From contig JAHDIR010000001.1 of the NCBI GenBank assembly GCA_020630675.1, positions 89,015-153,014 on the forward strand: 64,000 nt of DNA, written 5' to 3'. The DNA comes from Bdellovibrionales bacterium (GTDB lineage Bacteria > Bdellovibrionota > Bdellovibrionia > Bdellovibrionales > UBA1609). A program made the translations under genes and the position numbers. The notes beneath the pieces were generated by a model, which saw nothing but the letters and a program-made list of their open reading frames with translations, did no database searches and was not told where the DNA came from. Every line of letters begins with the position of its first letter. Position 1 is the stretch's first letter. Shown piece after piece: positions 49,025-58,086 of the stretch.

Positions 49025-49535
49025 TTTTCCTCCATTAAAATGTTTTTTACCTTTTAGAGCAAAGTGTGTACCATTATTAAAAAGTGACAAACTGAAAATG
49101 AATGGATTTTTTGACACCGTTTTAATGATATTAAGTACATATTGACACCATTTAAGTTATTTACATAACTCAAATGATTTTTACAAATAAGCAAGAGTAG
49201 GGAGCCAAGTTCAAATTGCTGTGAAACTTCCTTGTTGTTAATTACCCCAGTTAGGGGGGGCTGCGTTTCAAATATCTATCAGTAGCTTCCTCATAAATCT
49301 TCTAAGTACATTTACAGAATGCTTTTATTTTAGGTCATTGAAGTCTGCAAACATATCATTTTTTGGAAGCCCCGATAAGTTGAACAGGCTTCAAGTTTCA
49401 GGGCCTGAATTTAATAATGTTGATCAAAACTTATTTAAGGCAAAAATGTTCTTATACCTAAATCAACCGTTTACTTCGAAAGAGTAGCTTAAACTGAGGC
49501 TCGAGGTTTCCGAGAGTAGTCTAAGGTAATTCTTA

Positions 49536-49595
49536 ATTGAGCACTTACTTGGATTTTTCTAGACCTGGACAGCTTTACGTTATTTCGCTATAAAC
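49536..49595 (+). repeat. Islet repeat copy R4
   Basis: ATTGAGCACTTACTTGGATTTTTCTAGACCTGGACAGCTTTACGTTATTTCGCTATAAAC, about 40 nt after a decayed reading frame and 36 nt before the 49631 ORF. Confidence 0.75.
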
Positions 49596-49630
49596 TTTTA
49601 TTAATAGAGCCAAAAAAGTGGAGGCTCAAG

Positions 49631-50008
49631 ATGAAACTACTTACAATGTATTCAGTTATATTTGTTGCTTCAATTACTTCTGGAGGGACAATTGAATCAT
49701 TATATTGTGAAGTAGATAAGAAGAATAAAACGTTAATAGAGAAAGTTCAGGCGTTTTTTAAAAAAGAAAATACTAAAGAAAAACTAAAATTAGCTACAGG
49801 GTTAAGATCTGGACATTCAAAATATAGTTCAAAAAACAATATGGAGCCTTCAAAGATATACTTCTCACTTTTATCTAAAAAGTTTATTTCGTCTCAAGTT
49901 AAAAAAAATAATTTTGTTGAATTAAAATATTTTTTAAATGGAACCTTGTCTCTTGAGGCCTGCGGAGGCTCCAGTGTAAAAGTAGGTAAATCCGGTCATT
50001 TTGATTAA
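49631..50008 (+). CDS. Small secreted hypothetical protein
   Basis: ATG follows GTGGAGG. N-terminal hydrophobic signal-like segment. 125 aa, Lys-rich. Confidence 0.55.
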   Translation: MKLLTMYSVIFVASITSGGTIESLYCEVDKKNKTLIEKVQAFFKKENTKEKLKLATGLRSGHSKYSSKNNMEPSKIYFSLLSKKFISSQVKKNNFVELKYFLNGTLSLEACGGSSVKVGKSGHFD

Positions 50009-50039
50009 AATAAAATTAGACTAACTTTAAAATAACATA

Positions 50040-50098
50040 GAAACAAAAATTACTTTTTAGACACTAAATATTGTGGCAATTAATCGCTAAAACCTAAC
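50040..50098 (+). repeat. Islet repeat copy R6 (core-only variant)
   Basis: GAAACAAAAATTACTTTTTAGACACTAAATATTGTGGCAATTAATCGCTAAAACCTAACC aligns position-for-position with R5. Confidence 0.75.
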
Positions 50099-50319
50099 CG
50101 CTCTTTTTAAACTTAACACGCTTACTAGAGACCTTACTACCACCAGATTAAGCAGTTTTATCATATTTAACGCTGTATTTGTTATTTGAAAACACTTATT
50201 TTACTCCTTTTTAAAACAAGCATTCTCTTCATAAACTAAAGTCCATGACAAAGTGTTTGCAAAATTAAAAATGACAAATTTATTTCCAAATTAGGGGGTG
50301 ACAACATGTTTTCAAGATA

Positions 50320-50724
50320 TTAACGAGGAATTTTTTTTATTAAAAAAAGCTCTTTTATTATATCTAAAACATGACAGCCAATGAGCACTACATATAGTTT
50401 TTCAGAAAAGTTATGAAAGCCAGGGCCTGTAATAAAACCAAACTCAATGAGATCAAAAGGGGTTGACCAAAAAGAGAGTCTTAAAAAAATAAGAGGAAGA
50501 GTTGCCAGAAAAATATGAGCAATACTTCCGTAAAAAGTGAAGTATCTTTGGCGATAAGGCCATTTATACACTGATGTGAGTATATAAAGGCCTTGTAATA
50601 AAAATAAAGATCCACCGATAAGACCAGCTACTTTGCGATCGATATTTAAAAATAAAGAAATCACCACCGCAATAATGACAACATCAATGATTAAAAATAA
50701 AAATAATTTCTTGATTCTGGTCAT
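50320..50724 (-). CDS. Small integral membrane protein (4 predicted TM)
   Basis: Hydrophobic segments throughout. 134 aa with no recognised family. Confidence 0.55.
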   Translation of the reverse strand: MTRIKKLFLFLIIDVVIIAVVISLFLNIDRKVAGLIGGSLFLLQGLYILTSVYKWPYRQRYFTFYGSIAHIFLATLPLIFLRLSFWSTPFDLIEFGFITGPGFHNFSEKLYVVLIGCHVLDIIKELFLIKKIPR

Positions 50725-50742
50725 GCTTTGAGAGGGGTAAAC

Positions 50743-51291
50743 TTAAAATTCATAACCAAGGTGAATTTTTCCATAAACTCCACCGTAATCGAAGTCAGGG
50801 GATCGGCCTGAGTCTTCTCCCATAAGGTAGCCCAATTCACCACCTAAAATAAAATCATTTAACTTAACACCAGCTTCTACAGCGACAGAGGCCGAAAAAT
50901 CCATATCAATATCTGCGTTGGCCTGGCCGGTGACCATAGATTCACCGTCATGAACGAGCCCTAATGTTCCTAAAGCCCCTACATATAAAAGAGTGTCAAT
51001 TAATCGGTATCCCACAAGCCCAGATATACGAGTTAGGTCTGATTCGTAAGTTAAACCGCCTCCCAGGCTATCATCACCGTTCATTTTTTCATATCTTAGG
51101 CCAAAAACTATGGGAAAAAGAGGTAAGGAAACAATGACATCAGCACCAAATGTCCCTAGATCAGGTTCAATACTATTAGCTCCACTGGGCTTACTTAAGC
51201 CATAGTGGCCACGAAATTGAACCAAAGCTTGGCTTGTCGAAGCAAAGAGAAATACAAACAAAATGGGTAAGATTAATTTGGTTTTTTTCAT
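50743..51291 (-). CDS. Small outer-membrane beta-barrel protein (OmpA-TM/OmpW-like 8-strand type)
   Basis: Signal peptide ending SQA, alternating Gly/aromatic beta-strands, and a C-terminal GYEF. Confidence 0.7.
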   Translation of the reverse strand: MKKTKLILPILFVFLFASTSQALVQFRGHYGLSKPSGANSIEPDLGTFGADVIVSLPLFPIVFGLRYEKMNGDDSLGGGLTYESDLTRISGLVGYRLIDTLLYVGALGTLGLVHDGESMVTGQANADIDMDFSASVAVEAGVKLNDFILGGELGYLMGEDSGRSPDFDYGGVYGKIHLGYEF

Positions 51292-51492
51292 ATTTATAGC
51301 ATCCTTTCTATATGTGTTAGTTATGTAAAGTTTTTCATTTTTTTGTAATAAAACTAGGATAACGGAACAATAGTCTTTTGTATAGAGCTTGAACGCTAAG
51401 GGTTAATCCGTGCATTTCAGCAAAGTCGAGACTGCATTTGGCGACAGGCTTATAAATTTAAGTGAAATAGTACTAAAAATTAAGTCATTTAG

Positions 51493-52503
51493 ATGTTAAA
51501 AATGAGATTCAAATTAAGGGCGAGGCCAAGAGTGAAATTTATTAATAAAAAATTATTTTTTTTGCTACTAAAGCTAGCTCTCGCCGCGGGTGTTATTTTT
51601 TTACTTTTTAAGTATGCAAATGTTGATTTTTCTAAAGTGGAAACCGTTTTAAAGCACTATCCTCTGATGCTTTTTTTGTTTTCTATTGTTGGTTTGACCA
51701 TTTTTTTAAACTCTGTTCGCTGGGTGGTTTTACTAAAATCACAACAAATGACTTCTTCAGTCATTAAGGCCTATCAGTTTAGTTTGATAGGAACCTTTTT
51801 TAGTTTTTTGCTACCAAGCAGTGTCGGAGGAGATTTTGTAAAAGGCTTAATGGCTGCTCGGCAATGGCAGGAAAAGAAAACTAAAATTTTCCTATCTGTT
51901 TTTGTTGATCGTTTGTTCGGTTTAATCTTAATGATGGTTATTTCTATCATAGGTTTTGGTTTTAACTTTAAACTTTTATTGGATGTACCTCATGTTTTGT
52001 CGATTGTTAAAACAATAGCCTCCTTATTACTTTTTGGTATATTCATGCTGTTAATTAGTCTTAAAATCAAAAAAATTAATTTTGCGTCTCAAAAATTACT
52101 AGAATTAAAAAATAAATTATTAAGCATTGTTGATTATTTTAATTCTCCTCAGCTGGTGTTTAAGTCTTTTTTTATAAGTCTTTTTTCATTTTCGTCTCAT
52201 ATTATTTTATTTCATTTCATTTTTAATTTTTTTGATCAACCGTTGCCCTTAGCGGCTTTTATGTTATGTGTTCCGTTAGGCATCGTTTTGATGTCCTTGC
52301 CAATAGCTCCGGGCGGAGTTGGAGTGGGACAAGCGGCTTATTTTTTTATGTTTAATATTTTCGGTGAAGGTTATGGAGAAACGGGTGTTATGGCTGTCAC
52401 AATTATGCAAGTGGTGTATTTATTGTGGGCTGTATTTGGTGCCCTTATTTTTGCCTTTACTCCCTTAAAACTCAATGAACTTAAAGAGGTGACCGATGAT
52501 TGA
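51493..52503 (+). CDS. UPF0104 / lysylphosphatidylglycerol-synthase-TM-like flippase-like membrane protein
   Basis: Polytopic. Has the LLPSSVGGDFVKG motif characteristic of the UPF0104 (LPG_synthase_TM) family. Confidence 0.7.
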   Translation: MLKMRFKLRARPRVKFINKKLFFLLLKLALAAGVIFLLFKYANVDFSKVETVLKHYPLMLFLFSIVGLTIFLNSVRWVVLLKSQQMTSSVIKAYQFSLIGTFFSFLLPSSVGGDFVKGLMAARQWQEKKTKIFLSVFVDRLFGLILMMVISIIGFGFNFKLLLDVPHVLSIVKTIASLLLFGIFMLLISLKIKKINFASQKLLELKNKLLSIVDYFNSPQLVFKSFFISLFSFSSHIILFHFIFNFFDQPLPLAAFMLCVPLGIVLMSLPIAPGGVGVGQAAYFFMFNIFGEGYGETGVMAVTIMQVVYLLWAVFGALIFAFTPLKLNELKEVTDD

Positions 52504-53854
52504 AGACAAAGCACAGATGTTGGCCATAACTGTTAAAAAATTATTTCGTCGAGGAGCTGATCAAAATATTCGCCGTATACTAAGAAAAACTCATAAAGCA
52601 GATGTTGGGGCCCTTTTAGACACCTTTGCTGTTGATGAAAGGATACATATATTTAATCTCTTGGCTTCTGTTGAAAGAAAAGCCGAAGTTCTAAGTTATT
52701 TAACAGATGAATCGCAAGTAGAAGTTATTCAACAATTGTCTAAAAGTGAAGTTTTACAAATGGTCAGCCTGATGGAGTCTGACGATGCCGCCGACTTATT
52801 AGGAAACTTAAGTGAAGAAGAATCAAAAGAAATATTAGACTCAATGAAAAGAAAAGATTCTGAAGATGTGGCAGACCTTATGGGGTACCCTGAAGATTCA
52901 GCAGGTGGGCTCATGAGCTCTGACTATCTGGGTTTTGAAGAAAAGGTCATGGTGTCTGATGTAATTAAGTATATTCAAAGTAATGAAGAAACCCAAGCGG
53001 CCTCTTTTTATGTCTATGTAGAAAATGAGCATAATCATTTGATAGGTGTTGTAAGCCTTAAGCAGTTACTGCTTTCTAAAAAGTCAGAAACATTAAAAGA
53101 AATTATGACACCTGATGTGGTTTCAGTGAGTGTTGACACCCACAAAAATCAAGTGGCAAAAGTGGTTGAAAGGTATGATTTTTTGTCAATGCCTGTGGTC
53201 GACTCCAATAATGCTTTGGTTGGTGTTGTTACCGTTGATGATGTGCTAGATGTGATCCGGGAAGAGGCTGAAGAAAATCTTTTGCAGATGGGCCGGGCAG
53301 GAATAGGAAGTGAAGTCACTGTGTTTGAACATTTTAAAGCACGACTACCTTGGCTTATTTTGTCGTTAGTGGGAGGAGTTTTTTGTTTTGCCATTATTTA
53401 CTTTGTTGGAGTTTTGAAGTCTCCAGCAGGAGCGATGGATACAATTTGGCTCGTGGCCGGGTTTATTCCCATTTTACTGTCGGTGGGAACGACGGCAGGG
53501 CATCAGTCTGTGGCTGTGACCATTGGGGGAATAAAAAGTGGTTACTTTAAAAACAACCAAACATTTACTTATTTAAGTCGTGAATTTTTGATTAGCCTGT
53601 TGTGTGCGGTTTTATTTTTAATCATTATCTTTGCTTTAGGTTATTTCGTTTTTTCACAATTTAATTTATCTTTAGCATTGTCTTTGGTGCTCTTTTTTCA
53701 AATTATTTTTTCAGTTGTTTTGGGTGCTGTCACCCCTTTAGTTATAGATAAATTTGGCCACGATCCGACCATTGCCGCCGTTCCCTTGTACACGGTTAGT
53801 ATTGAAATGCTTTCTATTTCTGCTTTATTTGGCTTTGTCGCCCGCTATTTATAA
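52496..53854 (+). CDS. mgtE: Magnesium transporter MgtE
   Basis: MgtE_N domain (acidic DDAADLL), tandem CBS domains (VVDSNNALVGVVTVDDVLDVI) and a 5-TM C-terminal MgtE domain. Confidence 0.9.
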   Translation: MIEDKAQMLAITVKKLFRRGADQNIRRILRKTHKADVGALLDTFAVDERIHIFNLLASVERKAEVLSYLTDESQVEVIQQLSKSEVLQMVSLMESDDAADLLGNLSEEESKEILDSMKRKDSEDVADLMGYPEDSAGGLMSSDYLGFEEKVMVSDVIKYIQSNEETQAASFYVYVENEHNHLIGVVSLKQLLLSKKSETLKEIMTPDVVSVSVDTHKNQVAKVVERYDFLSMPVVDSNNALVGVVTVDDVLDVIREEAEENLLQMGRAGIGSEVTVFEHFKARLPWLILSLVGGVFCFAIIYFVGVLKSPAGAMDTIWLVAGFIPILLSVGTTAGHQSVAVTIGGIKSGYFKNNQTFTYLSREFLISLLCAVLFLIIIFALGYFVFSQFNLSLALSLVLFFQIIFSVVLGAVTPLVIDKFGHDPTIAAVPLYTVSIEMLSISALFGFVARYL

Positions 53855-53857
53855 AAT

Positions 53858-54433
53858 ATGCAAGATCAAGTTTATGTTATTCGAACCACAAAGTATCTTG
53901 AGAACGACCTAATTGTTAAAACCCTGTCAGCTCATCAAGGTAAAGTCTCTTACTTAGCCCGAGGGGGGCAAAGAAGTAAAAAACGTTTTGGTGGTGGAGT
54001 TTTAGAAACAGGCAACTTGATCACTTTAGAGTATAAGGCTGGGCGACGAGAAGATAGCTTGGGCACTTTAAATGAAGCTAAGGTTTTAGATGGGTATGAA
54101 GATATTCGTACGAACTATGATAATATTGAAATGGTTTTTTACTTTTTTAAATTGATTGAAAAAATTGAATGGAGTGAACCTGAATATGAAAAGTTGTTTT
54201 CTTTAATCGGAAACTCTATGGACGAAATTAAAACGAAAAGTTCTTTAACCAGTATTAAATTTTTATTTGATGTTAAAATTTTATACTTACAAGGAATGTT
54301 ACCTATTAATGAGGTGACTCTACCTTGGTTAAAATTAAAAATGAGCGAGTGCTCTCAAATTGATGAAAAATCAAAAGACTTTATACAGTATATTAAATTT
54401 AACCAACATTTAATGAAGGAGCTTTGTCCATAG
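53858..54433 (+). CDS. recO: DNA repair protein RecO (short form)
   Basis: N-terminal OB-fold pattern VYVIRTTKYLENDLIVKTLSAHQGKVSYLARGGQRSKKRF. 191 aa. Confidence 0.8.
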   Translation: MQDQVYVIRTTKYLENDLIVKTLSAHQGKVSYLARGGQRSKKRFGGGVLETGNLITLEYKAGRREDSLGTLNEAKVLDGYEDIRTNYDNIEMVFYFFKLIEKIEWSEPEYEKLFSLIGNSMDEIKTKSSLTSIKFLFDVKILYLQGMLPINEVTLPWLKLKMSECSQIDEKSKDFIQYIKFNQHLMKELCP

Positions 54434-54449
54434 ATTGTTTGTTCGTTCC

Positions 54450-55169
54450 TTAGCGTATGGCTAGCGTTGATTGTCTTTTGTTGGCAAAGCCCTCTCTTTT
54501 TTCTAATGAAAACCCAGACTTGATCAACGCGCGGTTCAGATTGCCTTTACAAGCGTAAGTGGCAAAAACACAGTTGTTGGCACAGGCAGAAGAAATAAAA
54601 TGTTCCAAAAAATCATCTTGCCACAACAGGGGGCTGGTTTTACTGCAAAAAGCATCAAATAAAATAACATTAAAAATAGGCTTAAGAGGGGTCGTATACT
54701 TGAGTGATTTTTTGAGCCTTAAAGATTTATTTTCATATTTTTGCTTTAGAGTAGACAATATCAACTTAGAAGAAATTTGAAAGTGTTCAGAAAATAAATT
54801 CAAGACTTGATTGTAAATAGGAGCTAGCGAGGAGTGGTCTCCGGAGAACCAATTCACAAATTGATGTACAAGGAAGTCTTCACTTTCATAAGATTCAATA
54901 AATAGGTGGGAAAGGTTATCGTCTTTTATAGCTTGGCAAATGGAGAGAATTTCGTTGTAACCCAAGCCTAGACCAACAGATATGACATGGGCAGAGCTAT
55001 TGTTTGTAGCCTTGTTGTGAGCAAAAGCAGCACCGTAGATATAAAGCGTTTCTGCAAAAGCTCCACGGTGTGAGTGCATGGACTCTCCGACTTCGGTATT
55101 AAAAAAACGCAGAGTGGGCGATCCGTCTTGGGTGGTAATAATTTCATAGGGAGGAGGTGAAATAGTCAT
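54450..55169 (-). CDS. MnmC-C/MnmD-like SAM-dependent tRNA methyltransferase (DUF752 type)
   Basis: TQDGSPTLRF...ESMHSHRGAFAETLYIY and ILFDAFCSKTSPLLWQ match the stand-alone mnm5U methyltransferase pattern. Confidence 0.65.
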   Translation of the reverse strand: MTISPPPYEIITTQDGSPTLRFFNTEVGESMHSHRGAFAETLYIYGAAFAHNKATNNSSAHVISVGLGLGYNEILSICQAIKDDNLSHLFIESYESEDFLVHQFVNWFSGDHSSLAPIYNQVLNLFSEHFQISSKLILSTLKQKYENKSLRLKKSLKYTTPLKPIFNVILFDAFCSKTSPLLWQDDFLEHFISSACANNCVFATYACKGNLNRALIKSGFSLEKREGFANKRQSTLAIR

Positions 55170-55295
55170 AGATAATTCTTATCAATGAGCCGTACATTCG
55201 GCAAAGAAAAAAACGGAAGGGCTTCGTAAGGCTACGAAATTAAGAGATAAATTCACCGTATACAATGCTGAGCCTTTTGTGATACTAAAGCCCTT

Positions 55296-56276
55296 ATGAA
55301 TCATCAGTTATGGAATGGTCTTCCTTATTATCCAATCAGTCAATTCTACAAACAGAAGTTTGGAGAAAAGGTTTATAAAGTCCCCATCAGTGTGGCTCAA
55401 TCATGTCCTAACAGGGAAGGCCTTCGTGGCATGAAGGTTTGCAACTTTTGTGATGTTTGGGGCTCTGCGGCCTTTCCTGAGTTCCGAGAGCTTGAATTGC
55501 AAAAACAAATTGAAGTGACAAAATCAAGAATAGCCAAGCGTTTTAATGCTCAAAAGTTTCTTATTTATTTTCAAGCTTATACAAACTCTTTTGCCAAAAC
55601 ATCTGAGCTGAGAAAACAGTTTGAAGTTGCTAGTCAATTTAGTGATGTTCTGGGTTTTGTGGTGGGCACGCGTCCCGATTGTTTATCTGAAGCTGTTCTT
55701 GAACTATGGAATGAGTACACGGATAAAGGCTATTTTTTAGCTGTTGAGCTAGGTGTGCAAAGTTTTGATGAACAGCAGCTATTGTGGATGTCTCGTGGTC
55801 ATACGGCTTTACAGTCTGTAAAAGGTATTCGAAAAATTGTGAACAAATGCCCTAAAGTTGATCTTGGCATACACCTTATGTTTGGTTTTCCAGGAGAAAG
55901 TGATGAAGATATTATTGAATCGGCTAAAATTTGTTCCGATTTACCCATTACCAATGTTAAAATTCATAATCTTCATGTTTTAAAAAACACAACTTTAGAA
56001 AAAGACTTTTTAAAAGGAAAATTTACTCCCATTAGTCGTGAAGACTATACTCGGCAAGCCATCTTATTTTTACAGCACTTAAACCCTCAAATTGCCGTAC
56101 ATCGTTTAGCTGCTGTAGCGAGTCGTCATGATGAGCTCGTTGCACCAGATTGGGCCAAAAGTAAATTAGACACCTATCAGTACATTATTGACTCTATGAA
56201 AAATAATAATTGTTTTCAAGGGCAAGAGTTTGCAAAGAAAAAAACAACCCGAATAACTTTAAAAGCAAACCTTTAA
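55296..56276 (+). CDS. Radical SAM protein, TIGR01212 (YhcC) family
   Basis: FGEKVYKVPISVAQSCPNREG....CNFCD cluster region and overall length typical of TIGR01212. Confidence 0.82.
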   Translation: MNHQLWNGLPYYPISQFYKQKFGEKVYKVPISVAQSCPNREGLRGMKVCNFCDVWGSAAFPEFRELELQKQIEVTKSRIAKRFNAQKFLIYFQAYTNSFAKTSELRKQFEVASQFSDVLGFVVGTRPDCLSEAVLELWNEYTDKGYFLAVELGVQSFDEQQLLWMSRGHTALQSVKGIRKIVNKCPKVDLGIHLMFGFPGESDEDIIESAKICSDLPITNVKIHNLHVLKNTTLEKDFLKGKFTPISREDYTRQAILFLQHLNPQIAVHRLAAVASRHDELVAPDWAKSKLDTYQYIIDSMKNNNCFQGQEFAKKKTTRITLKANL

Positions 56277-56789
56277 TTAATCTGTAAAAAAATCTTCGTT
56301 AAAATTTTTAGAGCAAACAAGGTTTAACTTATTGTCTTCGCTTTCTGCTTGTTGGTCAGAAGTAAGTTTACGGCGAAGCCCCTTTAATAAAGAGGAAACC
56401 ATTTTTATAGGTTTGTTTTGAATTTTAGGCAAAGAAACTTCAAGCTTCAATATCTCATTTTGAAAAAAGTGATCTTCTTCAAACGTGAGTTGAACACTGT
56501 AGGAGGGGTTTGCATCATCGCCGTAGTGAAAATTTAATTCTAAAGGCTCGTTAAAAGTCATTGGTTTTCCGGCAAAGTCATTAGTACGGAAAGTAATGGT
56601 CGAAATGTTTTTAGACTCACTAGACTCATATTTGATGGTGACTTCTGACATTTGTCCGTTATCACAAAGAAAGTAAACGACGTCTTGATTCTGCTCAGGA
56701 GAAACTTCTGATGAGGCCCAGCCGTTTAAGGAGCTAAAAGCAAGCCATGTGAAAAAAGCCATTTTTATTAATATTTGGCCGTTAAACAC
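56277..56789 (-). CDS. Secreted hypothetical protein
   Basis: GTG start 5 nt after AAGGAG. Signal-like N-terminus. Its stop abuts the stop of the radical SAM gene (TAATTA). Confidence 0.55.
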   Translation of the reverse strand: MFNGQILIKMAFFTWLAFSSLNGWASSEVSPEQNQDVVYFLCDNGQMSEVTIKYESSESKNISTITFRTNDFAGKPMTFNEPLELNFHYGDDANPSYSVQLTFEEDHFFQNEILKLEVSLPKIQNKPIKMVSSLLKGLRRKLTSDQQAESEDNKLNLVCSKNFNEDFFTD

Positions 56790-56953
56790 GAGCTCTCCTT
56801 TTGTGAAAAATAGTGAACGAACAGAGATAAGATTTAACTCTGTAAGTTATTGAATTCTATCATTTAGAGGTAAAAATTAAGAGTTTTTTTACAAAAGTAT
56901 GTAAAAAAGACAAAGCCAGTGACCATTTAGGGCTCTCAGCTCAAATAAAAGCC

Positions 56954-58000
56954 TCAGTTATGGCTCGTATCAGGCTTTAAACGAATTTCATTGGCTTTTT
57001 TTTCAAAGTTATTAGGAAGTTCAATTAAAGAGCCCCGAGGAATTTCAGGGGCAGGCCCCCATTTTTTAAGCCAAGCTAAAAACTCTCTTTGCTCTCCTCG
57101 GCATAAAGCCTGTCGAGTTTTCCCTTTTTCGAACAATGTGTCGCCAATGACACGGGCTTTATTCGGTTGGTTATTAGCAGAAATAGATTGAGACAAAAAC
57201 AAGTAAGAGTAAGTGACAGTTTTATTTTTAATGGGAATTTGCGCTTCTATTTGTGTCAGCCATTTTGGGCGCTCGGTGAAAACTCGCTGATGGCACCAGT
57301 CTTTTTTTGAGTGAATAAGTAAAGGGCAGGGGCCTTGATGAGTACAAGGCGCAATCACTTGAAACCCTTTGGCTTGAAAAAAATCACGAGCCTTTTGCAA
57401 ACGCCGTGAAACTTTTTGGGTGGAGGGCTCAATGATCAAAAGGTGTTCATGCCTAAGGGCTGTCTCAGGAAAATTCTCCATTTCATTAAAAGAGTAATTA
57501 AAAACACCAAGAGAATGAGCTTCAATTTGGCTAAATATTTTATCTTGATAACTATGTTTTTTTTGTCCATCACATATTTTATTTGCCCAGGCTTTGTGAA
57601 TTTGGAGAGCCTTCTGGGAACAATCATAGTTATGAATAGCTTTGAGTTGAACACCTTGATTAATTAATGCCAGGTGGGTGGTGCCTGGGCCACTTCCATA
57701 GTCGTAAACAGTTAAATTACTTTTACTGTCAATTAAGGGGAGTACTTCCGCAAATAAACTGGAGGTTCTAAGAACGTTTAATGGCAAGAAGTACAGAAGA
57801 TAGGCTTGCAAATATTTTTTGTTTGACCAAATTTGAGAGTGATCACTAAGCTCATTTTGATAAACTTTAGATAAGTTAAGCACATATGTGCTATTTTCTT
57901 TTTCTTTATTGAGGTCAACGTCAAAAGCATCAAAAGCCTTGTTAAGAAGGTCTAAAGTGAGGCTTTGTAAGAAAATAGATTTGCCGGGTTTTGTTTTCAT
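56954..58000 (-). CDS. Rsm22-like class I SAM-dependent methyltransferase
   Basis: DYGSGPGT SAM-binding motif and the C-terminal Cys cluster CTHQGPCPL...WCHQR seen in the Rsm22/COG5459 family. Confidence 0.6.
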   Translation of the reverse strand: MKTKPGKSIFLQSLTLDLLNKAFDAFDVDLNKEKENSTYVLNLSKVYQNELSDHSQIWSNKKYLQAYLLYFLPLNVLRTSSLFAEVLPLIDSKSNLTVYDYGSGPGTTHLALINQGVQLKAIHNYDCSQKALQIHKAWANKICDGQKKHSYQDKIFSQIEAHSLGVFNYSFNEMENFPETALRHEHLLIIEPSTQKVSRRLQKARDFFQAKGFQVIAPCTHQGPCPLLIHSKKDWCHQRVFTERPKWLTQIEAQIPIKNKTVTYSYLFLSQSISANNQPNKARVIGDTLFEKGKTRQALCRGEQREFLAWLKKWGPAPEIPRGSLIELPNNFEKKANEIRLKPDTSHN

Positions 58001-58086
58001 ATCTTTTACTCTATACCATGAATTTCTAACCCAAATAAGGAGTTTTTATTGACTGGCCCATTAAAGCCTTGCACATTGGGCGCATT

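Noticed and set aside
45550-50098. Islet repeats as integron attC sites (CALIN)
   Set aside because: The position right after stop codons is attC-like. However, the 5' box (ATTGAGTACTT) is not complementary to the 3' box (CACGTTATTTTGC), so there is no R''/R' (RYYYAAC/GTTRRRY) pairing. One copy is inverted together with its ORF, and no intI is present in the window. The idea is kept as a testable alternative in the main finding.
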